64,000 nucleotides of DNA from Balanoglossus misakiensis (Eukaryota; Animalia; Hemichordata): assembly GCA_040954595.2 (NCBI GenBank), contig CM082588.2, forward strand, positions 9,160,844 through 9,224,843. The letters are read 5' to 3'. Below the pieces are notes generated by a model, which did no database searches, was not told where the DNA came from, and saw only the letters and a program-made list of their open reading frames with translations. Of this stretch, positions 12,701 to 25,200 are shown piece after piece. Made by a program: the position numbers and the translations under genes. Position 1 is the stretch's first letter, and each line of letters starts with the position of its first letter.

Positions 12701-15219
12701 TGGTCACTAACACAGCTTTCACTATGTCCTGCTTGACAACACGGTATGCTCATAATGGTCACTGTACGTTATAGCTGGCAAATCGACTGAAGCCCGGACC
12801 TAAATTCAATGTTCGGGAATTTGTGGAAAAGCTAAACACTGCGATGCACTCAGCAAAAAATTAGTAAAATAGCGGGAAAATACGGCTAAGTGAGCCTTGA
12901 CCCCGCTGTTGACGTCTTTCCGTCTTTTCTTCGAATTGAAGGGCGTTTTAATTATCTTTTCACAGAACGCGTTTTGATGAACAATTCAGGGTGTAGGCCT
13001 AACTACTAGTTATGATGAAAATAAGTCAACAGGTGGTTGACTGCGCGCATGCGTCTATGGACGTGACGTTGCCTGTGACCTTTGGACCAGACAGGGTCTA
13101 CGGACAGCGGTCTGCATGGGTAGCCCGCAGAAGATGGTGTGTGTACCGAACGGATAAATGAAAGTGACTCTCGACAGCATTCCAGCAACTAAAGCTGCGT
13201 TGTGCTGTGTTTGTGCAGGAATTTAATAGTCAGCCCTGCCCATTGTACAAACAAGACAAAGAGGCTACCAGAAGGGCATGGTATGGCCACCACTCCTATA
13301 ATTGTGTCGTGTATACTGCGACAAGGTTACCTGCTATTTTGACCGCTGTATGGATCAATGCCTCAAACAGGGACGGGCTATGACAGCAATGAATGCCATC
13401 TCAAATCTTATAAGTTGCCGTAGTTGCGTGGTATCGACCTTTAAAATCTGGATTTTTTTACTCTGGAATTTATTTTGCGATTATAGAGTGCACACCCCAC
13501 CACACATATATAGATCCGTAAAGAGGTAGTGTGATCAATCTGATAAAAATGTAGCGCCACACTAATGTGGGCGTCCCTTCCGAACAGCCAAGAATCAGCA
13601 AAGGTAAAGATCCAAAAAGACGACGCTCAACACTACATCTGATTTTAATCAGATTGTACTATGCTATACCAACGCACGCCCCAGTCGATTCATTCGTAAG
13701 ATATTCTGAGCCGGTAGATTAATAACCTTGCCAGTGTGTGTTGGGGCAGGCGTCTTGTCTTACATAAATTTTAAATTAATGATCTTCAGGCCCTCAGAGT
13801 ACATTTTTGACCTCAAGTCTTCTACCTATGTAAGCCAATTTCTAGTGAACCAAGGTATTTGAACAAGGCCGGATGTTCAGCGCTTATTTGACGCTGAATT
13901 GTATAGCTAGCAACTGGTGTGCGCCGGCTCTCTGATCGATTTCGTTGGTGTCACGCCTGGATGAGTGGGAAAACTTGCTTCATATGAGAGACTGCACGGA
14001 CTCTCCCTTCACTCTTGCACGCCTCTAAGAACAAGGCAAACACAATGAGACATCCCCCAAAGTCTGGTGATGAATGTTATCGTTAAAATGTAACAACACT
14101 GATTGTTCTTTGATTTATCCTCCAAAAGGTCGTTTGAGAAGAGTGAAAAGTGACCACACCCAGGAATAATTTTATGGTTTATTAGAGCTTGCTACACGGC
14201 CGCGCGAACACAAAGAACCCACTCACTCGACGACGTCAATAGATTCCATTAATACCACATGGACTTTGTAAACTAAGACTAAAACTTTGGTCAGTGCAAT
14301 GCAAGTTGTGACATTTACCTATTGACATTTGGAAATAAAGGGGTCAGTGAGCTGAGAAGAAAGCTAAGACGACCGGTACCTATATTGAACGATTTATGGT
14401 AGTCAAGTCACGTGTTAGGCCTACAGTCTAACGCTTGGGAATCTCAAAAAATTAAATTAAACAAAATTAGCGTGTTCTTAAAATGTCTAAATATAAGACG
14501 AAGTTTGAGTAAAACTGCCCCAAGGCATTCCAGTGTATTCACGTTGGTTCCAAAGTTCTATGACAATAGACCAACTTAATTATCGTGTTTTTAATATTTT
14601 TAATTAAGAAATGTTGGTTAAATAGACTTAAATTGACCAATTTGGCCAAAATCTATATACATTCTCCAAAAGGCGCCTTTCTAAACAATACTGTTGATCT
14701 ATCATGACATTTTCATCGCCATGGATACTTATTTAGGCTGTCGGAATTCGACTATTAAATTCGAGTGGTGACGTCAAACAGTACTTAAAGACAAAGTTAC
14801 GGTAGCTCCTGAAACTTGAGTTCAGACTATGTCAAGCTTTCCATGTAACCTGCCGTGTCCACAGTCCGAAGTGATCAAAAATGGCTTGTCGTGGCAAGCA
14901 ATTGTGATTTGAAGGAAAGTAACCTATAAACTCGCGAAAGAAAAACGGGGTATGTGCAACCGGACGAAGGACGGAGGCAAATCAGCGTGGCTTTGGTCCA
15001 CTGAATCTGAAATTCACCGGGATGCGAGTTTTCTCCAGTGTAATCATAGGTCTATGGTGTTATCAATCCCTTACCTCCATGGTTTAACAACACAAAAACG
15101 TTTGGTTAAATTTTCTCGACAAATTGTTTGTTTGTACTTACGGCGTGGATGTTGTTGAATGAAATCAGGAAGACCAGGAGATAAATCAAAGTACCGGCAC
15201 TGTTTGAAGGATGAGACAT
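291..15219 (-). CDS. Uninflatable-like protein A (signal peptide, C-type lectin, LDLa; 3' part runs off the left edge)
   Basis: Exons 15219-15142 ([26 protein letters not shown], signal peptide), 9018-8961 ([20 protein letters not shown]), 7441-7360 ([27 protein letters not shown]), 2128-2010 ([15 protein letters not shown]...HGWIG), 1570-1355 (FSGPNPDG...[14 protein letters not shown]...[23 protein letters not shown]), 395-291 ([34 protein letters not shown], LDLa). All junctions are GT-AG and phase compatible. The uif-like call rests on domain order only. Confidence 0.85.
890..1265. repeat. CT-rich polypyrimidine low-complexity tract
   Basis: About 375 bp of (CCCT)/(CT) units, almost purine-free on the + strand. 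Confidence 0.95.
3916..4068. mobile_element. TTAA-flanked MITE, AGGTATAC termini (Kolobok-like)
   Basis: ttaa-aggtatac...gtatacct-ttaa; related copy at 12182-12366. Confidence 0.75.
6625..6903. repeat. Compound tetranucleotide microsatellite (GACT/GATT/GTCT/GAGC)
   Basis: Directly visible, including a long perfect (GATT)n run. Confidence 0.95.
7588..8406. mobile_element. Non-autonomous element with ~165 bp terminal hairpin and short subterminal IRs, nested in an AGGGACA MITE (~7509-8621)
   Basis: Hairpin 7593-7758 with tip gccgcaggc; IR ttatcacatacatag at 7761 and ctatgtatgtgataa ending at 8406. The host MITE sequence resumes on both sides. Confidence 0.8.
9060..9455. mobile_element. GGATGTACG-terminus TTAA MITE family copy
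   Basis: Ends ...cgtacatcc-ttaa; homologous copies near 10852, 36950-37380 and 60658-61065. Confidence 0.7.
9460..9796. mobile_element. TTAA-flanked palindromic MITE, AGGGACAAA termini (Kolobok-like)
   Basis: ttaa-agggacaaagt...tttgtccct-ttaa with long internal IRs. Further copies or fragments near 7509-8621, 20080, 32250, 34366-34700, 38752-38950, 40670 and 50560. Confidence 0.85.
12182..12366. mobile_element. TTAA-flanked MITE, TIR AGGTATACGGTCACCT (Kolobok-like)
   Basis: Perfect 16 bp TIR with TTAA on both sides. Confidence 0.85.
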
Positions 15220-16978
15220 GTTTCTCAAGAATTGGTACTCGTGGATGGAAAACTAATCCTCAGTAAATCCCACACCACGGTTTCTGTACACGCGTAGTCA
15301 TGCAGTTGAGGTTGCGTCGAGAGCAGATTTCACACTGACCAGAATAGCAAAGCTGAGTATAGCAAGCATCAGCTGTACAATGTTTCCACGAGGTCGCATT
15401 TGACGTTAAGTGGGTGAAAGCTACGAACGCACACCTTTATATTGTAAAGGGACACACTTGTACTGCCGCAAACAATGCAAATACAATGTATGCGCTGAAA
15501 AGGTCAATTTGCATGACAAAGCCACCCGACCCAACTTTTGTGAGGTCAGGAGAAATATCACACACCGTACCACAGACGCGACTGTTCCACAGTCTATGCA
15601 CACACCGTGGGTCGAACAACATAGCAATATGTACTCAAGCAAAATGACTCCATTTTCTACGTTTATGGAGGTGCACGCTTTAAATTTGTGCTGCAGCCGC
15701 AGTTTAAGAACGCCTCACGTGTAAAACATCGTTGACAATGGTACAGGTAGACTCCATTGTTGGTTCTGGCGTGGTTGTGTGCAACGCTGATGGGCTACAC
15801 TTTCAGCGATCTGTTTATTTTGTGCACAACGCCCCACCTTTAGCCCTTCTTCCGCTTCTACAGGTGTAAGTTGGTCATTGTGTATTGTATCAGCTGGAAA
15901 GTGGCCAAAAGTTGCTCAGTAGTAATGGTGCACAGTCCGTAAAATTGACAGTACTTTCATTTCTTCAAAGCCTCGAGTGCAGCCACATTTTCTATTTTAG
16001 ATTGGTCCATCTGGACATGGAGCTACCACACTGAGAAGGAGCGAGGACGCTTGTTTCCCATAGATGAGATTCCTGACACATGAACATCTTAAGTTATGGG
16101 CACCCGATTATGGCTGTATGTTGCAATATTAGAACAAGTGATATGTTAAATGGGTGCCGCACGTATCCGTTTAATCGGCCTCCATTCAAAGAGTACAAAA
16201 CTGTCGCGGTATTCGTCACGAAGAGATGACAGATTTTATAGGATGGGGAGAAGATTTGAAGTATTTTAATGTGGGGGAAAATACGAGAAATTTGGCAGCA
16301 CATGGGGCTTTAGATTGATGACAATTCATGATAAAATATAGGGTAGTTTCCTGTTTGTTTTCGAAATACAATGCTGTAAATTTGGTCCGATCATGAAACA
16401 AACCTGCTGAGTCAGCATTTTTGACGAATGACTTGCTTGTTGAAGATTTGTTCGCAGCACTACGACAAGATTGTCAATCTAGCTGCACCCGCTACAATCA
16501 TTGCAGCACGACGACACTGAATTGCAATTATAGGCTGAGCTACGTGCAAAACTTGAAGGGGAAATCCGGTCCAGCTTATTTCTACATAATTTATAACTTT
16601 GAGGACACTCTTTCAGTAGAAAAAAAAAACATTTTCGCCATGAATAAGTCGCGCGAATTTTTACAAAAACGAGGGAAAAATGGCAGAATTTCCATATGGC
16701 GTTTACTGTAGATGACTACCCAGATGCAGTGCGATGTTATCACATTCCATAGCCTTACATGTAGAATTTTGAGAAAATGGTGTCTCAATATTGACATTTT
16801 CTTGTAATTTTCACAAAAGGTGCCAAAAGAGGAGTATTATTAAGTAATATACTATGTCACATATTTTCATTTCATTAAAACGTATTATTTTCCATTGCTA
16901 TGGATTTATCTCTTATTATAGTTTCATTCCCCCATAATTGTCCTGTAACCCACATAAAAACCGTTCATCCCTGTGTAA

Positions 16979-17927
16979 GGGAGCATTCGTTTTTTACAGG
17001 GATGGGGGGCCCGGTGGAATTTGAGTCGCCGACTAAATGTAAAAGGCAACCCCCCTGGAAATTACTTTTCTAAAATGTGACCCCCCCCCCCCCCAAAAAA
17101 AAAAAAAAAGTTTATCCACCGGATTAAACTTGTCAAACTTTGTCAGATATTGGTGTATGTTCGACATACCACATAATCAACCATGAAACCTAGTTCCTTG
17201 ATTTCCAAGTAGTGCATTGTCTGCCTGATCTTGTTACGTGAAAGAGTTCATTTTCAATGTCGCCGCTATCACTTTCTGAGTCACTTTCCGCTGAATCACC
17301 TAGTTCACCTATCACTACATGTTCATCTTCTGGTTCACTGTCCTCGTCCAAGTCATCCTCTTCATCCTCCTCTTTGTCCCTCTCATGGTTTACTCTGAGA
17401 CTTTCCAGAGTTGTTTGACACAGTTTCCGGCCAATGTGCGCTTCAACTATTTTCAGTTTGTCTTTTTTCAGCATCTTTTTCTCTGTTGTCAATTTATGTC
17501 TGTTCATGTACATGTCTACATTGTAAACCGAGAATTGAAGGGGGTGGGTTTGGGAGGGGGTGTCCCCCTCCCACGTAAGAAAATTTTATAAAATACAGAG
17601 CTCAAAGCTGCATTTTAATGAACCCAGCAAAAGCAATTAACGTCGCCGCTCAAAGTTATCATGGGGTGGGGGCAAGTCCCCTGACCTGGGACACTAGATA
17701 AACCAGTCAATGATTGAAAATTTTGTAAAATAAAGGACGCGAAACTGCATTTTTGTGGACTCAAAATAAATATTTAGCCGTCAAAGTTTTCAAGTCCCCC
17801 CTTTCAGTCCCTATATAATAATCCCTTGATTATAAAATTTGTCCCCCCCCTAAAAACTGCTTTGTAAAAGTAAACCCCCCTGATTTCCACCGCCCCCCCC
17901 CCCTCCCTGTAAAAAACGAATGCTCCC
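16979..17927. mobile_element. TAA-flanked (PIF/Harbinger-type) non-autonomous element carrying an acidic ORF remnant
   Basis: taa-gggagcattcgttttttacaggga...tccctgtaaaaaacgaatgctccc-taa (24 bp TIR, TAA duplication). Confidence 0.85.
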
Positions 17928-19273
17928 TAAGATTATGTTACTTGCTACTAAACTCCAACCATGCTGTGTTATTTTGAAACTCAGATGTGGAGTTAGGCGT
18001 AGACTAGCCTACTAGTCGCTTGGTAAATTTTGAATCTTAATACTTTTTGTGTGTTTGCGGTGATTTTTTGTCTTAATAAATAATTTAAAACCTTTTTGCG
18101 TGCATGCGTTTCTGGTAGTGAATTGAGTTTCGAATTACTGAGCTCAGGGTTTCGGTTTAGCGTCGAACAAGCGTTCCCTTGACGTACATACGTGCTCACA
18201 CTCTCGGTGACTTTTACTCCACACACGGTACATAGAGAAATTAGGAACAAGTTTTTTAAATGTATTTATTATGAAATAAATGAAATAGACTTGGATCAAT
18301 TGGCTGTTCTCTTCTCTGTTTCTGCCCCGGCTACGGCGTCCCTTTAGAACAGGCAAGAATCAGGTAAGGTAAAAACGCGCCCAACACTACATCTGATTTT
18401 AATCAGATTTGGACCTAAGGTAAAGTGGTAGGGAATTGCATAATGATTTGGTGTTTATTTTCACTGTGAGCACACTGACCAACAGAATAGTAATTTGAAT
18501 AACAAAGAAATGTAAATAGTGGTACTGTCAACGTTTTGATGGTCAGCCTTTTTTTTCTCCAAAATACCCAGGGTCTATGAAAATACATACAGATGTCAAT
18601 ATGAGACAAACCAATAACTTGAAAAGGGAAATGGGCAAAATTTAAACACCAAAGTGAAGACTTGAACTTTATTCAAATCAAGATTTCTAAGAAATTTCAT
18701 TTTCATTTGTTTATCTGACCTCTAAATGCACATAACCAACTTGAACACAAGCCATCTGTGTACATGCACTTATGTGCAATGTTTCTCTTCTAGCGTTTAA
18801 TATGTAGCACCCCATTATCCAACAAAATGTTCCAGATACTAGGTAGTCCTACTGAGCTATGGGGAAAAAGTCAAAGTTAGGGACCGTTCAGTTTTTACGT
18901 CTGGGGGGAGGCTAAATCCAGGAGGGTCACTTAAATTTTGAAATCCAAAAGGGGGGGGGGGGTCATTTCTGAAGAAACTGACCAGTCCCTTAGATGAAAT
19001 AGCATCGTTATCCAAGAGTAAAACAGTCGGTTCACAAAGACAGATTCCACATAATCATATTTAACAGTAACATGACTCAATAAGAATCATGTTTTGCCCG
19101 GAAAGGTTGTTGATGTCCTTGGATAAGGCACAGCCCCTCTTTCTCAAGGGATTGTGGATGAGGCAACCCCCAATCTGATTCAAATCAGATGTAGTGTTGG
19201 GCGCCATTTCTACTAGAGAATAGCACAGCCTAGGCAGAGACAGAGAACAGAACAGCCAGCGCGCAGCGCCTAA

Positions 19274-19529
19274 GGGGCTGTTCAGAATTTTTCAGGGGCC
19301 GGAGGATTTTTTATTTTCCTGGTGATTTTTTTCCATGGTCCCCCCTAGAAAATTATGGGGGAAATCTGTGGTCCCCCCGTACATTTCCTGGGGTTTTTCC
19401 ATGGTCCCCCCGAAGGATTGTGATTTTTATGTCGCCCACCCCCCCCCCCCCCTATTTTTTCTTGGAGAAACTGGGTGGTCCCCGCTGAAAATACTCCAGC
19501 CCCACTAAGAGTAAATTATGAACAGTCCC
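19274..19529. mobile_element. TAA-flanked MITE nested in an AATCTGATT-family repeat
   Basis: taa-ggggctgttca...tgaacagtccc-taa; the host repeat runs from about 19172 to 19545. Confidence 0.7.
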
Positions 19530-22237
19530 TAACTCTACATCTGAAACCTCTTGACTCCTTTCATCTTCCATAAATTAGGCTATCCTTTACACATTTCATC
19601 GTTCTTGGATTAGCTCTGCAGCTGGCTCAACAGACTGTCACAACATTGTCCACAACACTGTGTACAAACAACCATATTTCTACACCACTGGATGCATTCC
19701 TTTACAGCAGATGTAAAGAAGACACAGCAATTGTCAAAACAAAGCAAAACAAATATATATATATGTACAAGTGTTTTTATTCATGAACTTAAAAATTCAT
19801 TCCAAAGCATGCTATGCTTTAATTGTGTTGCCAAAGGTAAAGATTTTAAGAACTTACATCAAGAGTTAAAGCAACAGGCTATCATTACATTGTACTGGAC
19901 ACATCCACTACACAACACATCCAAACAACCACTGCAACCACCAAAGCAGTGATATTGCAACATTTGGGTTTCAATGGCATAATTCTCTACCATTTGATTC
20001 ACTATAATTGAATCGTGTGGAACGAATATTGTAAAATAACATACTCCACAAACTAGACTGTCAGGAAATCTGTTCATTAAAGGGACAAAGTCTCTCTCTC
20101 TCTCGCAAAACATAAAAGACTCAGTGAAATGGGGTTTAGTTGAACAGTGAAAGTACCAAATTCCACTCCTTTCACAAAAATTCTGTTCACTTGTAAAACC
20201 ACTGACTTACTGTCTGTCTCCTCATTTATGATTATATTCTTAAATTTTCCAAAATACCAAAAATGGACAATATCACTACTACAGTGCTCTTTGAAGACAT
20301 CTGTGAAATATATTCGATGAGTTTTAAAAATAAATGTTTTATGAAGACGTATTTCTTAGGAAACTAATGAAATTGACATTCTGGGTATGCACATAAAAGT
20401 AAAACTATTTTGCTTCAAAACTGAAACTTATAAATCTTGTCTGTTGATAAACCAAAAACCACTTCAACTTTAGAAGATTTTGGGCTTGCTTTGCTGATGT
20501 GCAGTAGAATACGAAAGCAAAAATTAATAGTCACTTAACAGTTGCCTCTTTAGATATCGCGAAAATTTCCTGTCTGGAAAATTTCCTGTTTTACAGTATG
20601 TACTTTGATAGATACTTCAGATGCTGTTGTATAATACTGGTACTGTTGAGACAATTCAAGGGAAGAACTGGGAGATGTAATGTTATGTTCTGTGAGAGTG
20701 TGGGATTACTTTGTTCTCACACTCTCGATCCCACACTCTCAGTAGCCAGAACTGTGAGAATGCAATTTTTCAGCCGTCATCTATTTTACTTAAATTAACA
20801 AAGTACACTACATGCCATATATGGATATAAATCTTTTTTCTACATTTTGAAAAATAATCTGCTAATCATGCACAAATAAGACATGTACATGTCAAAAAGT
20901 ACTTGTACATAATTTGTGAAAAAGAACAGTACATATGATTTTGATATGAAATTTACATAGAGTTTCATGAATTCTGCCTTGAAATCTTCTCATCAACAAA
21001 AAATTTATCATGCAGGACAATAATATTTCAATCATTTACTACTGAATTAATGAAAGAAATTTTTAAACTTTCTCACATTGATTCACACTTCCTGAGTGAT
21101 GCTACAGGTTATACCAACCAAACTGTACCAATGTCTGTGTTTGTGGATCTATACAGCAGTTCAGACGAGAAAAAAATACCTGTTTGTTAATGAGCAATAT
21201 CATTAAAATATTCCCACTGAGTTCCTATGGTCAGTCCTTTGACATGCAAATTAACATGAACAAAAGTAATTCACATGAACAAATCAGTCACACTGGTAAA
21301 TTTTCTTGTCACAAGAAAATGTCATCCTTTCAGATTTCACCTAAGTCTCGGTTACCCAGACGCCTTTGCTTCTTCCCCTGCTCTCCAGAAAAGGGTCTGG
21401 GGAAATACTATAGAACAATTTGTAAAACAAAATTGCCGCTGTCAGGATTCTTTTAAACTATTCACATCAACCAGCAAGTACCGGTCTCTTGATGTGACAA
21501 GAGAACCACTCACACATTGCCGAGAGTCACATACTACATGTTGCATTGCCATTTTGTTTTACAAATCGTTCTATGGAATTTCCCCAGACACAGCAGAAGA
21601 AGCAGAGGGGTCTGGGTAGCTGAGACTAGACTTCACAAATTTACAAGCAAGTGACACACTGGTAACTTTTTGCATCAAACGAAATTAACTCTAGTATCAG
21701 CGACTATTCTTTCCCACAATGGTACAGTTTGGAAATGTCACATTCTATATATAATAGAGCTATCATTGCTTTGTTAACACTTCCACACAAAATCCTGTTA
21801 TTTTATGTTGCAATAAAATCAACTCACATGTAACATCTTACGGCAGCCACTATTACAGGAATCACAACTAGAATCAGAGACATATGCTTAGATATTGCAG
21901 CATAAAAAATGTTGACAAAAAAAAGAAAGCATTTTGGTACCAAGTCAAGGGTTAGCACATGTGTAACATTTGTCCACATGTGTGTGATGTTCAACACCAC
22001 TGAAAGATAAAACCTGTCTAAACCAAACCCTGTCTAATCTGGAAACCTGTCTATACTGAACACATTTTCCTGTCCCTTTGACACAGAACCATATATTAAA
22101 AGAACCTGTATAAACCGGACGCCTCTGCTAACTGAACAATTTCTTCAGTCCCTTTGGTGTTCGGTTTAGAAGGTTCCACTGTACCATGAAATCTGTTTTT
22201 AACTACCACTCTGGTTTGTTGTCAACTGCATCTCATA

Positions 22238-25200
22238 TTACAGGCCATCTTTACTGTCATCACTGGCTGAAATGTAGTAGTCTGGACCATTGACCTAGTT
22301 GCAAAAAATTAAGAAAATGCTAATAGATTAGTTTACATATCATATAAACCATCCATTTCACTCATGAGCACTGTAGACCAATTTTGTAGAAAATGAAAAG
22401 TTTTGACATCAACATTTGGCCAAAACATTGAGAATTGAGATCACCCTATTCGCACATATGTAAGGCCCAAAACAATAATATGTGCTGTTCCGATTACATG
22501 GTTTTCAAAAATAGGGTAGGTGGGTCGGGAAATTCTTTTATTTTGCAATTTTTTTTATTTCTGTGGCTGCCGTAGTGTATAAGAATGACATCATAGTGAG
22601 TTCGTCGTATTCGCGCAATTTTCATAAATTTTGTATATTCCACATCGTTATTTTTACTTCCGGGTTTACGAAGCTCTAAAAAGTTTAGGGTCGGCGGGTT
22701 AAAATTAGGGTAGGTCGGGTAATCGGAACAGCACATATTTTATCATCCTATATGGTTTGCTAAGCACCAAAAATGATACTCACTTTCATGTCATGATCCA
22801 AAACAAAAGGTGGAATATCCAGGTGTTCTGGAGGGATGAGATTATACAGGTTCTTGACTCCTGAATGAGTGTGAACACGCGTTTTGAGACTCGATGCTGT
22901 GAATGTTGTGAAGAACCACGTCAAAACCTGAAATGGAACAGATAAACTAATTATACAACTCATAAGTCTATTAGATATATAGTAAGGTACTTCAACCATA
23001 TCCTTTCTTTATGCATACTGCTTTGTCTTAATAATTATTATTATTTAATATTTGGGTAATACACATTTCTTATTGAACTAACAGCCAAAGACAACACTGG
23101 TTCAGATGTGTTCATCACTTCATAAAGCACCTTTCACCTCAAAAAGACAAAATATGTCTCAGTGTACATGCACACTCAGCATCAATCTGATTAAAATCAG
23201 ATGATGAGTTAAACAAGATGTTCAACAGCATAGGTGCAGATGAAGTGTGGGCGTCCCTTCCAAACAGAACAGCCTAGAATCAGCAAAGGTAAAGTCGGCA
23301 CCCAACACTACATCTGATTTTAATCAGGTTGACTCAGCACGTAGGTCACATGGTCAGCTAAAATGAACTGAGCACAATTCTAATCAAGTTCATTCTCTCC
23401 ACTGGCAGAACGAATTCTTTCCACAGTTATATGTACATTTGTACTTACTCCCATAAGTGGAAGTCAAACAGACTGATTTCAATGGGGTTTTCGACACCCG
23501 CCACCAAGGAGTCAGTGACACCACCAACACCCACAAAGACAACACAATGGATTGAAGTTGATATTAGAACAAAACACATTGGCTCTCACCCTTGAACAGA
23601 GTGAAGCTTGAAATTTGCATAACCTTGGAAAGTTACACAAATTTGGAGTGGTTTGGAATCCCAAAACAAATTGACAAGTGTTTCTACTGTGTGTGACAAC
23701 TTGTAACGAAGGCATTTTGTTCTTCCCTTTTTTAATGATTTCAGCTGTGCTTTTTACCATTTTTTTTTCTTTTTTTTACATAAATCGGTCGGTCTTATAC
23801 TGATCCACATTCTGACAAATGCGTCTTGGCGGAAATGGTGCATAATCACTCAAAAATAGCACTTTTCTGAACGTGTTCGCCAGTTGAAGAAATAAGTGTC
23901 ATCAATTTAAATTGCCATTTTTCTCACTCTGCATTTCCGCCACTTTTAACAACTTCAGACCTAACTAGCTTTGCTCTGCGTTGGCCGTATGGGCCACCAT
24001 TTCCGGGGGTCAATAAAATATGCAACTCAAACAAAAGTTCAAAGACTTAGCTTCCAGAATATGTATGGTTTATAGGGGGTTTTAACGTAGTGTTTGATGA
24101 GAAATAGGCCTCTGAAAAAGTCTTGACGGTTTCATTCAATACCCCCTTAATCAATTAATTAACTAATGAAAGTGTTAAACAATGAATCATACACAAAACA
24201 TGACCACATATGAACTTTGGCTCCCTATGTGAACTATTGGACTCTGTCATTGGTCGTCTAATATGCCACAAACAAGGCTTTCATCCACACATGGCAAATT
24301 TTCGCACATAACCCCATACTACAGCAAAATCTATCAAAACTGAACTCTCTCTAATCTGGAAATCTGTCTATACCAAACATCTTTCACAAGCCCTTTAACA
24401 TAGAACCACAGGATACCTCTACAAACTGGACACCTCAGCAAACTGAACAATTTTTTTCAGTCCCTATGGTGCACAGTTTAGATAGATTTTACTGTATTTT
24501 ACATTCAGAGATGAAAATCTAGGCTTCTGTATGTTAGAAACAGAAGTAACCTTAGCAACTGACCTTTGACCACAGCGTTGGGTGAATGATGTAAAATGCT
24601 TTGAGGTTCCTCTTCCATCGAAAATCTAACAAGTTGTAAACCTGCTTAATCCAGGAGATGTCTGGATGGTTAGCCGGAGAGCTGAGTGTATGGAAGTACA
24701 CAACAATGTAATCCTTGTTCACAATGGGATCCAATTGCTGAATCAGATAAAGCACAGCCTGGAAAAAAAATCAGAGATCTGATAAAACACTGATAGAGAA
24801 AATAGCTAACAGTGGACAAAAAAACAACACTTCAGATGTGAAAAAATTGGTTAAAGGGACAAAGTCAATCATTTTTGACATTATTCCAGCTATTTAAATT
24901 TTCTTGTGAAATATTATTTGTATTGTTCTGCTCACTGAAATGGGATCAATTACTGGTTGTCACAACTCAATAAGCAAATTGCTGGGCATTTCATCATGCT
25001 TCAGGAATTTGAAAAAAAAGAGCTGCAGTAAATAAACAAAACAAAAATACTGAAAACGTAGCGAAAAGATACAGCTAATGGAGCTTTAATTACCTTGTCA
25101 AGATCAATGGAAGCTGCTGGGAAATTTCTGCCAACAAAGAAAATGACAGGTCGACCAAAATAATCCACTCCAGACTGATAGAGACAATGCAGCGTTGCAA

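Noticed and set aside
22760-22783. Read-through C-terminus VSIIFGA for GDAP2
   Set aside because: A strong GTGAGT donor and a downstream exon (VNGPDYY) matching the conserved C-terminus are better supported.
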